Assembly: GCF_009914755.1 (NCBI RefSeq)
Contig: NC_060935.1
Reading direction: 5' to 3' (one strand)
Source: the human T2T-CHM13v2.0 reference genome, Homo sapiens
DNA length: 64,000 nucleotides
Position 1 is the first letter of the stretch. Every line of letters starts with the position of its first letter. Made by a program: the position numbers and the translations under genes. Shown in pieces: positions 1 through 12,486 of the stretch. A model generated the notes under the pieces. That model saw only the letters and a program-made list of their open reading frames with translations, was not told the origin of the DNA and did no database searches.

Positions 1-1699
1 GCTGTCCACCCTGTAGCCACGGAAGTGACTGGGACCTTCAGTTTCAAGCCCTTCCGCAGAGTCACCAGCCCCCAGCATACCTTGCTGCAGAAAACGGTTG
101 GGATAGAAGAGGGCCCTGGAACAATGACAGGGATAAGAAAGCTCAGAACTCCAGGTTGGAAACAAGGGGAGGAAACCCCAGGTGTTCCCTGAGCAGAAGC
201 TGGCCCTGGGGATGGCTTGCCTGGTCCTGTCCTCCTCTCCTGGGGTCCCCAGATAGGACAACTAACTACCCCTTAAATGAAGAGCCCCAGCATCCTGACA
301 CACCCATAACCTCCAACAAAAACACCTCCCCCCGAAACCAAACGCCAATTCTATTCCCTAGTCCTGACAATTCTACTAAATCCAGCTGGAAGCCTTATTT
401 GACCCCTGACCTGAATCTGGCCTTACCCAAAAACCCACTCTGACTGGCCTCAAACCAAACCATAAACCTTACCCACCCCTACCTCTACTTTTAATGTCTC
501 CCCACCCTGCGAGCTGGGTCCTGACCCCAGTCCACACTTACTGTGGCATACACGTGTCCAGGGCTGTGGCTTCATCAGGACCCGGTGGCCATCAGCCTCT
601 GCCCGCCCCACCATGAGGGCCACAGGGGACCCCTTAGGGCAGCCGGGGCTCTGCATGGTTCTGGCCGTCCCTGCACGGGTGATGGATGAGCTCTGGTGTT
701 ATCAGCACCACAGGAGGGAGTCACCAATTTCCCTGCCTGTCACTTCACCATAATTTCTAAAGCACAAGAGGCTGATTCCATCTCTCGACACCATTTGACT
801 CTGTTCCCTGCTCTGGCAGGCCTTCTCGGGGCAGGCCCCAGCAGGGATGCTGGGTGTGGGAGCGTCGTCCGGAGGTGGACAGGTGCACGCTTCAGCGCTT
901 ATATGTTCTGCTGCTGTCCTAAAAGACAGATGCCATGCCTGGTCCATTCCACCTCGGCCTCGCACTCCTGGCTCACCTGAGACCTGGATACCACCACGAG
1001 CTCCTCCATCCCCTTGGAGCTGATGGAAGAAGGTTAGGCACACACCATGAGGGCTCCCCGCCCAGGGGCCGTGCCTTCAGCCCCGCTGGAAAATGAGAGA
1101 AACCCTAAAATCCTCAGCGGCGCTCACGGTCGGAGGACTGAGATCTTCCCATACCAGCAGGAGAAATACCAGCAGGGCCTGACGTGGCCTCTGTCCCATC
1201 ACCTTCCCCATTGCAACTGTCCCAACAAATAAGCACGAGCTGCCTCTACTGCCGTCAAAGCATCCCCTGGGCAGTGGGCAAAGCTGGTGGGTGGTGGCTG
1301 TGTGACCCATTTTAAAGCCAGGCAGTGGTTTGGGGGAAAAGGAGTTTAGAAATAAGCCAGCAGGTGCCCGGGAGGAGAGATGCTGTGGCCAGAGCCTAGC
1401 AGGATGACCCCCCAGGTAAATGAAAACATTGAAGGCACAGTGTGCCTTGAAGACTGATGCTACCATGGACAGAGCTCTAGGGTTTCAGCCCTGAACTCAA
1501 AAGCAGAACCTGCCAAAAGGAGTAGGAGAGGGTTTCCCAGGACTGTGGTATTGTCTGGGGGTGGCAGCCCCAAGGGGCTCAGTGAGTGTTAGAGCTTCCT
1601 CACCCTCCAAGGTCCACAGCCTCAGGACAGGCTCTCCTAGGGGCCAGCATCTGGAGAGACCAGGTGCTCCAGGGTGTTATAATGGAGAGGGCAGCAGGG

Positions 1700-2010
1700 G
1701 TGTCGATCAGAATATTTTAGTCCAATATAAGAAAAAATTTCCAACCATCACAGCATCCAGTGTAAAAGAAAATCTAAAAAGAAGACATCACATCAAGTCT
1801 CTGATTGTTTGTGCGCTTTGAAGACTGCCTGTAAAACTGCCTCAGTAATTAAGTAGAATGACTCCATTTTGCCACATAAGTATGGTTATGGCTCCTGGGT
1901 GGCTGCAATTAATATAAAAGCAGATTAAGGAAGCCATCATCAAGGCGTAATGAGTTTTTAAATATTAATTAATATGTTAATAACCATTCTAGGTTAAGAG
2001 TGAGGTTTTG
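1700..2010. promoter_or_regulatory. Candidate enhancer
   Basis: AT-rich island with TAATTA sites and CTTTGAA. Confidence 0.45.
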
Positions 2011-3644
2011 GTGCTGCTAGAGATTATTTCTGCCAGGGACCCAGGAATGCCTGCATCCTGCCCCCATACCACCACTCTTCCAGTGGGGTTCCAGAGGGAG
2101 CGGCAGCAGAACAGAAATCAGAGCCCAGGCTCATGAGCACCCGTGCTGTGTGAATGCCCACGGCCCTGGCCCCGCGTGCTGCTAGCTGACGGGAACATGG
2201 ACCAGCGGCTTGAGGTCCTCAGCAGGGCCTTTCACTCCCTAGATCTACCTGTGGCATCAGCACATCCAGGTGGGCCTGGAGGACACAGAGAAACCCCACG
2301 AGAGGTTCTGAGCCCACATATCCTCCCAGGCCATGGAACCAGAAGGGATGAGAGGAGAGGAGCAGAGGAGAGATGACCTCAGGACCCAGGGCTCACACCC
2401 TTCCTGGGTCAGCAAGAAGCCACGAACCTGAGTTGGTGCCGGCTAAGCCTGTGGCCACACCCAGTCAATAGCTTGGGTTCTGACTAAGCAGCTTGGCAAA
2501 GCCCTCCTTTGAAGGAAGCTGGGAGCAGTTGTCAAAGCGTCCTTTTGTCTCTAGTCACCCGGTTTTGTCTCTCTTGACTTTCTGATCTGTCTCACAGAAG
2601 CATAGCTGCCTCCCTTGGGGGACAATCAGCAGCCCATCCACACAGCTCCGTTTCTAGTTCCACTGATACCTACTAGAGCAGCTGCAGTCCCCAAACCTGC
2701 TGAAATCGGTTAGAACAGGACATTATTAATGGACTCCAAGGCCACCTAGACATTTAAGCCAAAAATGTGCCACCACCCCCTCCTCTTTCCCCACCTTAAG
2801 TTACAACCAGTCCATGTCCAAAATTCTCCCTTCCCCATTGTTTTTCGGCTGTCTCAAATAGAGGGGGTCTTCCTCGGAGGAGGCCTGGGGGAGTGTGGGG
2901 TGCCTTTTACCCTTGCAGCCTGGATGGAATTCTTCTGTCATTTTCAAGGTTGTTTTGAGTGAACTTAAAGTCTCTCATCTGTGCCATTCTTCCTAAAACT
3001 GCATATAAAACAGCCACAGCCCCAGATCCAGGCCATTTGGAACCAAATGTGACCACTCTAGCAGTGGCATTCCCAGGGTGGGATGAAGGTCTGGAATTTC
3101 TGTTGGCAGCCATGGGCCACAGCTGGGTGGTTAGAGCCTGGGGACAAGGGTCAGGTTTCATTGCCACCTCTGGCCCTATGTGACATTCATCAAATCAGTT
3201 TCCCCTTCTGCAGACTGGGCACGAGTGTCCTGCCCTGCTTGCTTTGCAGAGCCACGGAGATAAACCCAGAGGAATCACTTTGCAAACTGCAAGGTGAGCC
3301 GCCAAGATGAGAACACTATGTTACCCACCGTGTCTCCTCCTCTCCTCCTTGCTCTTTCTCCACATGAAACAGCTCCAGGGACGAGGTGGCATCAGTTAGG
3401 AGAAACCCCTGCCAGGCCCGGCCGGAACTGCCTCCCAGAATCCTCCCATCCCTACCCCACCTCCGCTCTCACCCTCATTTCCCTTCCTCATTCCTCCTCA
3501 TCCTATTTCCCCAGATAAAATATCCTATCCTAAGGTACAGTCCTAAGGGCATCCAGGTGTCCTAGGTTGAAGGCAGGTGCTCATACTCAGAGCTAGAAGC
3601 CTAATTCCCTAGCAGATCAACATTCCAGAGTACAAGTCTGCAAA

Positions 3645-3648
<4 letters not shown>

Positions 3649-3700
<52 letters not shown>
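3649..3700 (+). repeat. (CA)26 microsatellite
   Basis: Read directly. Confidence 0.97.
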
Positions 3701-3703
<3 letters not shown>

Positions 3704-4499
3704 CTCAGACACCCCACATCATGCTCAGCCCCACCCAGCTCAAGCACAGGTCTAGGAAGCAACTGGGGAGGTGACTTGAACATCCTCTCCCAGAAACCAT
3801 CCAGGTACACTTCCACCCAGGGGCATGAAGAAAGTCCAGAATGCTGTGAACACAGAGCTGCCACCTTCTGTTCAGATGGTTTCAAACTTGCAGGGACAAA
3901 GGGCTGAGCTCCCTGAGGAGCAGCAGCTGGGGCTGGGGAAGCAAGAGGAGTGCTGCAAGACTTGCGGGCAAGCCCACATCAATTAGGCTCTGATTAGAGG
4001 AGGGGGCCAGGTGGGTTGCTGGCTGGGCGCCGGCCCCTCCGCGGCTGAAGCTGAGCTTCCGTAATTGGAAGCCCAGCCTGGCAGGGCTGGGCACAGACTT
4101 CATGCCGAGAGAGAAGCCAGCCAGGCGCAGCCTGAATGCTTCTGTTTCTGATCTCTTCTTGCAGAAAAAAAGAGCAAAGCTGCTGGAGCTGCCTGGCCTC
4201 CAGCTTCCGGGAGGAGGGGAACGACGGGTTCAAGCAGCGGCCGCTGCCTGCTAATTGCGGCTTCTGAGGCTTGAACAAGGGCTGCAGAGGCAGGTGTGAG
4301 GGTGGGGCTTTTCCCATCAACTTTCCCACAGAGACCCTTCCCATGCTGCCCTCACCAGGCAGTCAGTACTCTGAGGCCTGGAGGGTGCCAGGGAGAAGAT
4401 TCCCAAAGGTTTTAGCCTCAAAGTTCTACCCCAAGCTGGGCAGGCCACATGCACTGAGTATGGGGTGACTGATAACCACAGAGGTTAATACGGCACACC

Positions 4500-4607
4500 T
4501 GACTGTTGTGCATGGAAATGTGGCTGGTCTGACTGAGGAATCAAATCTGTCATTTCATTTATTTCAATAGCCACATGGGGTTAGTGGCTACGGTACTGGA
4601 CGGCTCT
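4500..4607. mobile_element. MER3-like hAT fragment
   Basis: aatagccacatg...tagtggctac...tggac terminus. Confidence 0.55.
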
Positions 4608-4849
4608 AGGTCGAAGTGAGGAGATGCTGCCCAGATTTCCCACTGGGTCGCACAACTGGTGCCCAGCTGGGTGAGACCTGGAGGAATGACTTGGCTGTCC
4701 TCTGACCCTGTCCTCTCCATCTACAAAAACGGGGTGTTCCTTCCTCTCCTTGTCCAGCCTGAGCAGCAGCTCCAGGCCCGCCCTTCCAGGTGCAGTCAGG
4801 GATTGAGGCCAGCAGCACAGCCTCTGGGGCCAGGTGGACTGGCTTTCAC

Positions 4850-5035
4850 ATCTTGCTCTGCCACTTACCAACAGGCCACTAAGCTTTTCTGAACCTCCAC
4901 TTCCTCATCTGTAGAATGGGGATGATAAATACTAATACTATCCACTGAGGGTTACTGAGAGGGTTGAACGAGTGAGTACACAAGGTGCTTAGACCAGTGC
5001 CTGGCATGTCGGAAGCGCTTCGTAAATGGTAGCTT
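4850..5035 (+). mobile_element. MIR
   Basis: Core ttcctcatctgtagaatggggatgata. Confidence 0.75.
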
Positions 5036-6329
5036 TTGTTGCTGTCACCATCACCATCACCATCATCATCACAGTTGGCATGCAACAAACAGCAGCCACA
5101 TGGAGAAGGAGTGCTGATAGGTCTGTTCTGCAGTGAGGCTGCAGACCTGACAAATGGAGTTTGAGCCAGGAGCTTCTCCTTGAGTAACAGGGAGTAAAAG
5201 CTGACGGGAAAGAAACCAAACGCCGTTCTACCCCGTAACAGGGGGTGCAGGGGTGGGGAGCTGGGGACGGAGGATTACACTTTGCTAACTGAGGAAGTAC
5301 ATCCTTTCAGAGCACAGATTCAGATCTAACAGTTGCTGAAAATTGAGTGGGACTTACAGGAGGTGTGCAGGAATCTGCCCGTTAGTTACAGGTATGAAGC
5401 TCACCCCAGTGGGAACAGAGACAGGGAAATCCACCCAGGAGCATCCACGTCCACCTTTGACTGTGAGCCTGGAGCTCTTCCTGCCCACAGCAGTCCTGTG
5501 AGACCCAGGTGGCACTGGGCCTTAGGGGAAGGGGCTGTGGAGGGGGAGAAGAAGGAGTGGGGGCCTCAAACTCCTCCAAAGTGACTGGCTGACAGGGGAC
5601 CCTGCCCTGCGAGGGAGGACCGACGGCTCGCCACTGTCATCCTTTCCTGCGGACAGTGGTGAGGTTTTCGTGGGAGAGGTGGGTGGGATGTCAGACAGGG
5701 AGGTTTAAAGAAGACCAGTGGTGGGGGCGTGGGGGGACCTTAGGGCTGATGGGGGCAGATTTGGAGCATGAGGGCACCCAGGAAGAAGCAGTTCCTATAA
5801 AGGATCAACAGTATCAGGGACATGCCTGGGAGGCTCTGGAGAGCCTGTAAACTTTCCCTCTGTCCATAGCAATTCCTGCCAATTCCGGCTGGGGCATCTG
5901 AGGAGCCGGAAGACCCTCATCTCCGCTGGCTTTGGGAAACAGGGACACCAGCTGTCAGATAGCTGGACCGTGACTCATGGCTCTCAGCAGTGGTGACTGT
6001 CTATGGAGGTCCAAGGCCCTTGGTGGAGCTGAGAGCACTCCGCATGACCCCCAATGCCAGGGGAGCACTCTGGAGCTGACTGTGCAAGAGAGACAGGAGC
6101 CTGACCCCAAGTTGGCCCTGAGCTAGAGGAAGCCGTCCCTGAAGTGGGGCGGGGCCCACACAGCTGGACTGCATTAAATGAAGGTGGAGGCGCTGCCCCG
6201 CAGTTGTGCAGCCTGAGGTCCTGGGTGCCCAAGCCCCAGCTGTCTCCCTCCTTCCCGGCCTGCCCTCTTCCCTCCTCCCGGCAGGGCTGTCATCAGACTC
6301 ATTGGCTCCCAAGTTCTGAAATGAACTCT

Positions 6330-6760
6330 GCTCCAAGTAATTACAGCTCTTCAAGTTTCCCGTCCTCTGTTTAAAGAATTCGTCCTCTTGCCCTCAATGC
6401 CCCATCGGCTCCCTAATTAGCAGCGCGCGGCGCGATTACACATTCTCTGCAGCTCGCTGGGTCCGGCCCCCGCAATGAGTGTTTGTGGACAGCTGGGAGC
6501 CCGCCCAGCAGCCCGCGGAGCCAGGAGTCAGGGCCCAGGAGTGCGAGCTGTCAGCTCCGTGATGGGGCTGGAGCTGGTCGCAGCCCCGCGGGCCTCCAGG
6601 AGGAAAGGCCTTGAAATATAAATGAAGATGAATATTCATATTTGGTTCAATAAGTGCCAACTATTAATATACATGTCTGTCGGGAAGAGGAGGCAGTGCA
6701 GAGCCAGTTGTGCCGGGCATAATTGGGCTCCTAATTCACAATTAGCCTTGAGCTCCAGGC
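6330..6760. promoter_or_regulatory. Candidate enhancer (POU/homeodomain cluster, CpG-rich)
   Basis: TAATTA, CTAATTAG, ATGAATATTCAT and a CGCG cluster in non-repeat DNA. Confidence 0.5.
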
Positions 6761-7699
6761 CTCTGCACAGCCAGAACCTGGGCTCGGAACCGCGGGAGGG
6801 GCAGGAGCCTGCTGCAGGGAAGTCCCTGAACTCCCCAAGGGTCCTCCTGCCCTCACACCCCTCCCCACTAGGAGAAGGCTGGGGAAGAAGAGGAGGCCCA
6901 CAGTCCCCCTCCAGGAATCCCCCAGGAATTGCAGCCTTCAGGTGCACCCTAGGGTCACCTTTGAGCCATGCAAACTGCTCCTGAAAACTGGAGTAGGGGA
7001 GCTCTACATGGGGCCACCAGCTCAGATGAGCTCACACCCAGTGTGTCACCAGAGCCCCACATTAGGAAATGTCTGAAGAGGTAAGACAACTGAAGCCAGA
7101 AAATTGCAGGTACTCAGCTCAGCTTGGCCACTATCGACTCTGAAGTTTGGTTTAACAGGGGCTTGCCTGTATGGCCAGAGTCTCTCTGGCCCCGCCTCCC
7201 CATACAGGCTCCTGGTGTCACTCAGCCTCTTTTCCTAGCTTGAGCTCAAAGCAGCCCTCTCTTGGTTCTCCAGACTCTGCCCACATGTCTTCTATTATGA
7301 CACAGCTGCCACTGGGCCTTCTCCTGCACTTCCCCTACAAATCACCGGCTGCCCACCAGTGGCCGCAGAGCCGGGCTGAACCCTGCCCTCTCCTGGGACA
7401 CCAGGGAAGACCACACTGGAAGACGTCAGGGTTTGAGGACTGGGGGAGTCCCAGCTTGGGGTGGGGGGGCATGTCTGAGCTCTAGAAATGAGCTGGGACC
7501 CCACCCTGCTCACACCTGAGGAAGCTGCATAGACTCCCTTAGCCAACAGCTCAGTCCGCCTCCAATGCATTGGTGAGTGGGGGCGCCTTGTGCCTGTGTG
7601 CTCAACCCAGATCTGTGCCAGCCAAGGGCAGGGGCTGAGGTCTGCCCTCCGGCCAAGGTCTAACCGTCAGGCTGGGAAATGAGCGCTCAAGATGCCGGC

Positions 7700-8637
7700 C
7701 TGAAAGAGTAGTCTTAAAGGCACTGCTACAGGGCGCCTGGAGGGTGAAGAGATGGTTGTAGAGGTCATCCAGGTACTCTTCCACCCGAGGAATGGCCAGG
7801 AACAGCTGGGACAGTGAGAGGGGGCGGGTGCTGCGACAAACCAGCCTGAAGGGGCTCCCACTGGCCAAATCTGGGGCAACGTGAACATCAAAATAAATAA
7901 TGATAGTAGCAGTTTATAACCCATTGAAAGAAATAGGAAGCCATGAATCCATACTGACATAAATGAATAAATTGAAAATTTAATGAGGAATGGGATATTT
8001 ACACAGTCTCGTAATACCTTCCCACATAGTTATTAATTACAAACAGAAAAAGAATAAATTTACAGTGGAGAGAAGGCTGGCAGATACCACCTTCCTCACG
8101 TGATCAAAGTGAGCATCAGCAATGGGACAGTCAAAACCCTGTGCCTCCCGACAAGAAGCGCGGGGATGAGCCCACAGTAACAGGCCTACCCAACACGCAC
8201 AGCCTGCGTTGACCCTTGAGAAACGTTAGATAAACCCAGATTGAGGGACAGCCTGTCCAATACCGGCCTGTCATCACAAAGGCAATAAGGTCAGGAAAGA
8301 CCAGGCACTATCCCAGATTGAGGGAGACAGAGGAACATGACAACTGAGTGAGATGTGTGACCCCAAAACTGGGTCCTTTTGCTCTAAAGGACATTGTTGG
8401 GATGCTTGGTGCATCTTGAGTGGGGCAGAAGACTGACTGCTAGTTATATGTCAGTGCTAATTTGCTGATTTTGCTGTGTTGAAGGAGAAGGTGTTGAGGG
8501 AAATGCATGCTGAAGTGTTTTCTTGATGGGCCCCACGTCATCACCCTGTGTTTTCAAATGGCTCAGGGAAAAAAGTTATGCGTATTGGACTTCCTACTTT
8601 TCTGTAAAGTTGAGGTTATTTCAAAGTAAATTTTAAA
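7700..8637 (+). mobile_element. L1MC/MD-type 3' UTR fragment
   Basis: aaggggctcccactggccaaatctggg...aaaataaataatgatagt motif and an L1M-like 3' end. Confidence 0.7.
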
Positions 8638-9637
8638 ACGGCAGGGAGAGGTGCTGGTCTAAACTGAGGTCCAATGCTGGGGAAAACAGAAGCCCAGACC
8701 CCATGTCTTAACAGCATGATGCTGGGTGGTCCGGGCAAGGCTTGCTGAGCAGAGAGCCTCATAGGCCTGCGCGCCTCCTCAGTCACTTGCCTCCAGGTGG
8801 TGGGTGAGACAAGTGAGGATTTCTCTGGAGCGACCATGTAGAGCTGCTCTTCTCCCCTCCTCTCCCCCAGGGCCGGGACAGCACTGCCCTGCAATCAGAG
8901 AGAGGGGTTCTTGAGGGGATGTGGCCTGTGTCCCCTGAGTTCGGGGGCAAGGGCCTGACACTTTCCTGTGCAGTTGGCACAGGGGTGGTCTAGCAGAACT
9001 TGCCTGGGCAAAGGCAAGCATCCCCCTTAGCAGCAAGAGAAAGGCCATGGGGCTCCAGCTTTCTTAGAAGGAGACTTCCTGGTGAGGCATGGTGACTTCC
9101 AGAGGTGACCCCAACAGAAAGGGCATGCAGACACACCCAGGGTGGTAGTAAGGACAGTTAGCTGATGTTCCAGTGCTGTGGTCCAGGCTGGCTCAGCCCA
9201 AGCCTTGGCCTCCAGGGCTCACCCCTGCACAAGAGGACTGCTCTAGGACCTCAAAGCAGCCCCTGCCTCTTTGTCCCAGTCTGTTCCTGGCTGCTGCTAA
9301 GATGCAGGTATCTGTAAATTCAATTATTGCTGCGACTTGATGGTGGCATGACACCCTACAACTCCACAGTTTAGAGCAACATTGATTTGCCTGTTCCCAG
9401 GTCTGCAGGTTGGCTGGGTGACTCCACTTCAGGATGCTGGTCAGCAAGGGATGGCTGCAGGGTCTTGTTGGGTTCAGGCCGGTTCCTCTGGCCCAGCAGA
9501 AGGCACAGCTCCCGGGCCTGCACTTCCTCATCTCTAACCATCAAAGGAGCACGAGAGGCTAGGCAGAAACACACAAGGCCTAGCCCCAGGTCCACATTGT
9601 CACTTCCATTGTCCATTGTCCAATACAAGTCATGGCA

Positions 9638-10230
9638 TATATTAGTCTTTTATTGCTGCTTTACAAATTACCATGAAATTGGTGGTTTAAAACAATGCCC
9701 ATTTATGAGTCCACAGTCTGTAGGTCAGAAGTCCAGCACAGTCTGATGGGCTCTCTGCCCAGGCAGAAATCAAGGTGTCAGCTGTTGCATTCTCATCTGG
9801 AGCTGGGGCTCCTCTTCCAGGCTCATTCCTGCTATTGCGGCTGCAGGATTTTTCCATGCCCTCGGAATACTGATGTCCCCGTTTCCTTGCTGGCTGGCAC
9901 CCAGCATTGCTCCCAGCTTCTGGAGGCCGCCTGCATTCCTTGTCATGTGTTCCCTCCATCATCAAACTAGCAATAGTGCAACAAATCCTTCTCGTGCTTT
10001 GACTCTTTGGCTTCCTTTTGTGTTGCTAACCAGGGAACATGCTCTGCTTTTAAAGGTCTCACTTGCTTGGTTTAGATCCATGTGGATAATCTCTGTATCA
10101 TAAGGTCAACTGACTTAGGACTTTAATTACATCTGCAAAATCCCTCCACAGCAGTACCTAAATTAGCGTTGCATTGAAAAATAGGGATCAGGAATCTTGG
10201 GGGGTCACCTTTACAATTCTGCCTACCACA
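9638..10230 (-). mobile_element. MLT1E-like MaLR LTR, probably nested in an older MLT1 (~9310-10245)
   Basis: tattagtc... start and ...ttctgcctaccaca end. Confidence 0.7.
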
Positions 10231-11399
10231 TACGGCCAGGCCCAACATTTTTGGGTGGGAAAATGTATACCTCAAGAGAGAGGGGAGCGAAAGGTTAGTG
10301 AACCATTATCCCACCTAACAGTGTTCCTGGAAAGCCTGAGGTTCATTCATCTATCCACCAGCTATCCCTGCACCTGGGCAGGGCCAGAGGGAAGGGGAGG
10401 GCTCCATGCCTGTTCCCAAGAGGCTCTGTCACTTCCTTCTTCCCAAGATGGTCCGGGACAACCACCCAGGTCTCAGAGACCCGCCTGAGCCTCCCTCCTG
10501 GCCCCCTGTCCTGCCTCCCTTGGGTGGTTGTCCAGCCTGCACCTCATTCCACATCGAGCCTTTCCTGGGCAGCCACCAACCTGCATCTGACCAGACCCCT
10601 GCCTGCCCTCAGGTCTCCCAAGAGGCTGAGGCCCCGCCCTTCACCCCAGCCCCCACCCACCTGCTCACTCTCCAGCATTTGCCCTCTCCACCGCCCCCAC
10701 CAATCCCTGACTCTCAATGTGCCAGGCTCGCCTCAACCTCTGGACCTTTCGTTGCACTGGTCTCTCCTCCCCTCTGAGCTCTGGGGCTCTTCTTCTCTTA
10801 TCCCTATATCCAGGCTTTCCCAATCCCTCAAAGCCTAGCTTGTCTCCTCTGCTTCTTCAGGAAGCCCCACCAGCTGCTCACCTTGGGCTCTGTCTTATCT
10901 GTACGTGGAGCTGGTGGAACGCCTCTGCAAGGGTCAGGACAGGATGGCAGGATCCCTGGCCCACACAGCAGCACAGTGGCATGGAGGGGGTGTTCCACGG
11001 CAGCGAGTGGGCACCCACCCCACCACTGCTGGATCCCCTGCCCCATATGTCAGTGGGCAGGAGCCTGTGCTCACGCGGGCCCATGGCCACCCTCTCACAT
11101 GCCTGCTTGGCCACTCTGCTTCTTTCTCACCTGGTCAGACACCTCCCCAGGACGGTTCAGTATCTCGGCTGCCTCATTGCCCCAGATGTGACATCAGTTT
11201 GGAACAAGTCTGTGCCTCCATGGGGCCTAGGAGCTGGACTCAGTTTGACTAGAGAGGGTGAGCTGCCTTCCAAACTCTGGCTCTGACTGTTCTCTGGGCA
11301 GCAGAGGCTTGGGAAGGGAGGGCCGGGGCCCAGCGACTGAGGGGCTTTGAGAACAAGGTCACATATCGGCAACCGAGAGCCAGTCAAGCTCCGTCCATC

Positions 11400-11860
11400 A
11401 AGTTTTTAACTAGAAAAATAGTGTGCCCATTTCTCTGTAATACACCTCTGGGCTTTTTTATGATGACTTCATTTCCCCTTGTAATATTGGAACGTCTCTA
11501 TAATTGTAAAAGTGTAATAGAATCTAATGGAATTTCATTTGGCGCCCGGAATGCTCCATGCCATGGTCGCTCATTCGGAGTGAAATAATGATGTCTAATG
11601 CCCACACACGGCTCCCCGTGACCTTATTCAATCTTGGGGCTGATCGGGAAATATATTGATTCAATTATACACTGATGACAAATGAACTCAAAGAAAGAGG
11701 AAAAAAAGGTCAGCATATATTTGAAAATGTAAATCTTAGCAATGTCTTTGGGGTTCACCCAACAAAAAAACCATTTCAAAACGCCATTTGTGGCTAATAG
11801 TGTGGAGTTCCAGACTCCATTAGGGAGGCACGTCACTGGCTGGGAAGGCATTAATGGGGT
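11400..11860. promoter_or_regulatory. Candidate enhancer
   Basis: AT-rich non-repeat island with many TAAT cores and retained CpGs. Confidence 0.45.
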
Positions 11861-11959
11861 GTCGCTTCTCTAGAGCTGGGATCAGGCCCAGATCCTCCCT
11901 GAGCAGCTCCTGCCCTGCACGGCCTCTCCCTGAAGCTGCCCCTTCCTCAGCAGCAGCCA

Positions 11960-12139
11960 GCTTCCTTCTCCTTTTTTTCCCATCCATTTGCCATCCCTCC
12001 TTCCTTCCTCCCTCCATCCCTCTCTTTCTGCCTCTCTCCCTCCCTCTCTTCCTCCCTCCCTCCCTCTTCCTTCCTCTCTCTCTCCCTTCCTTCCTCCCTC
12101 CTTTCCTCCCTCCCTCCTTTCCTTTTTTCCTTCCTTCCT
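11960..12139 (+). repeat. CT-rich low-complexity tract
   Basis: (CCTT/CCCT)n-like run. Confidence 0.9.
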
Positions 12140-12486
12140 GAGAGAGACTGAGGAGACAAGGGTGACAGGGTCACGCACTGCACACCTGAAGGGAGTGAGC
12201 CTGGGGAGGGTTCTGGGTGAGCTTGGGCTCCAGGGTGGAGCAGGTGCCCCTTGGGCGGGACCAGAGCAGCAGGTGATGACCGAAGTGGGAGAAAGTGAAG
12301 ATTAGCGCTGAGAAGTCCGGCATGGGCTGAGGAGTAGCCAGAGAGAGGGAAGGGCAACCAGGAGGGCCGGATTACTGGGGGCGGGCGAGGGAAGAGAGTG
12401 AAGAAGGGGAAAAAGGCCAGCCACATGGAATACTGTCAAATTCTTGAAGATGGAGCTGCACAAAATTCACAGGATTTCTCCACTTA

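Noticed and set aside
6400-6600. CpG-island gene promoter
   Set aside because: Short, with no associated exon found; treated as a candidate enhancer instead.
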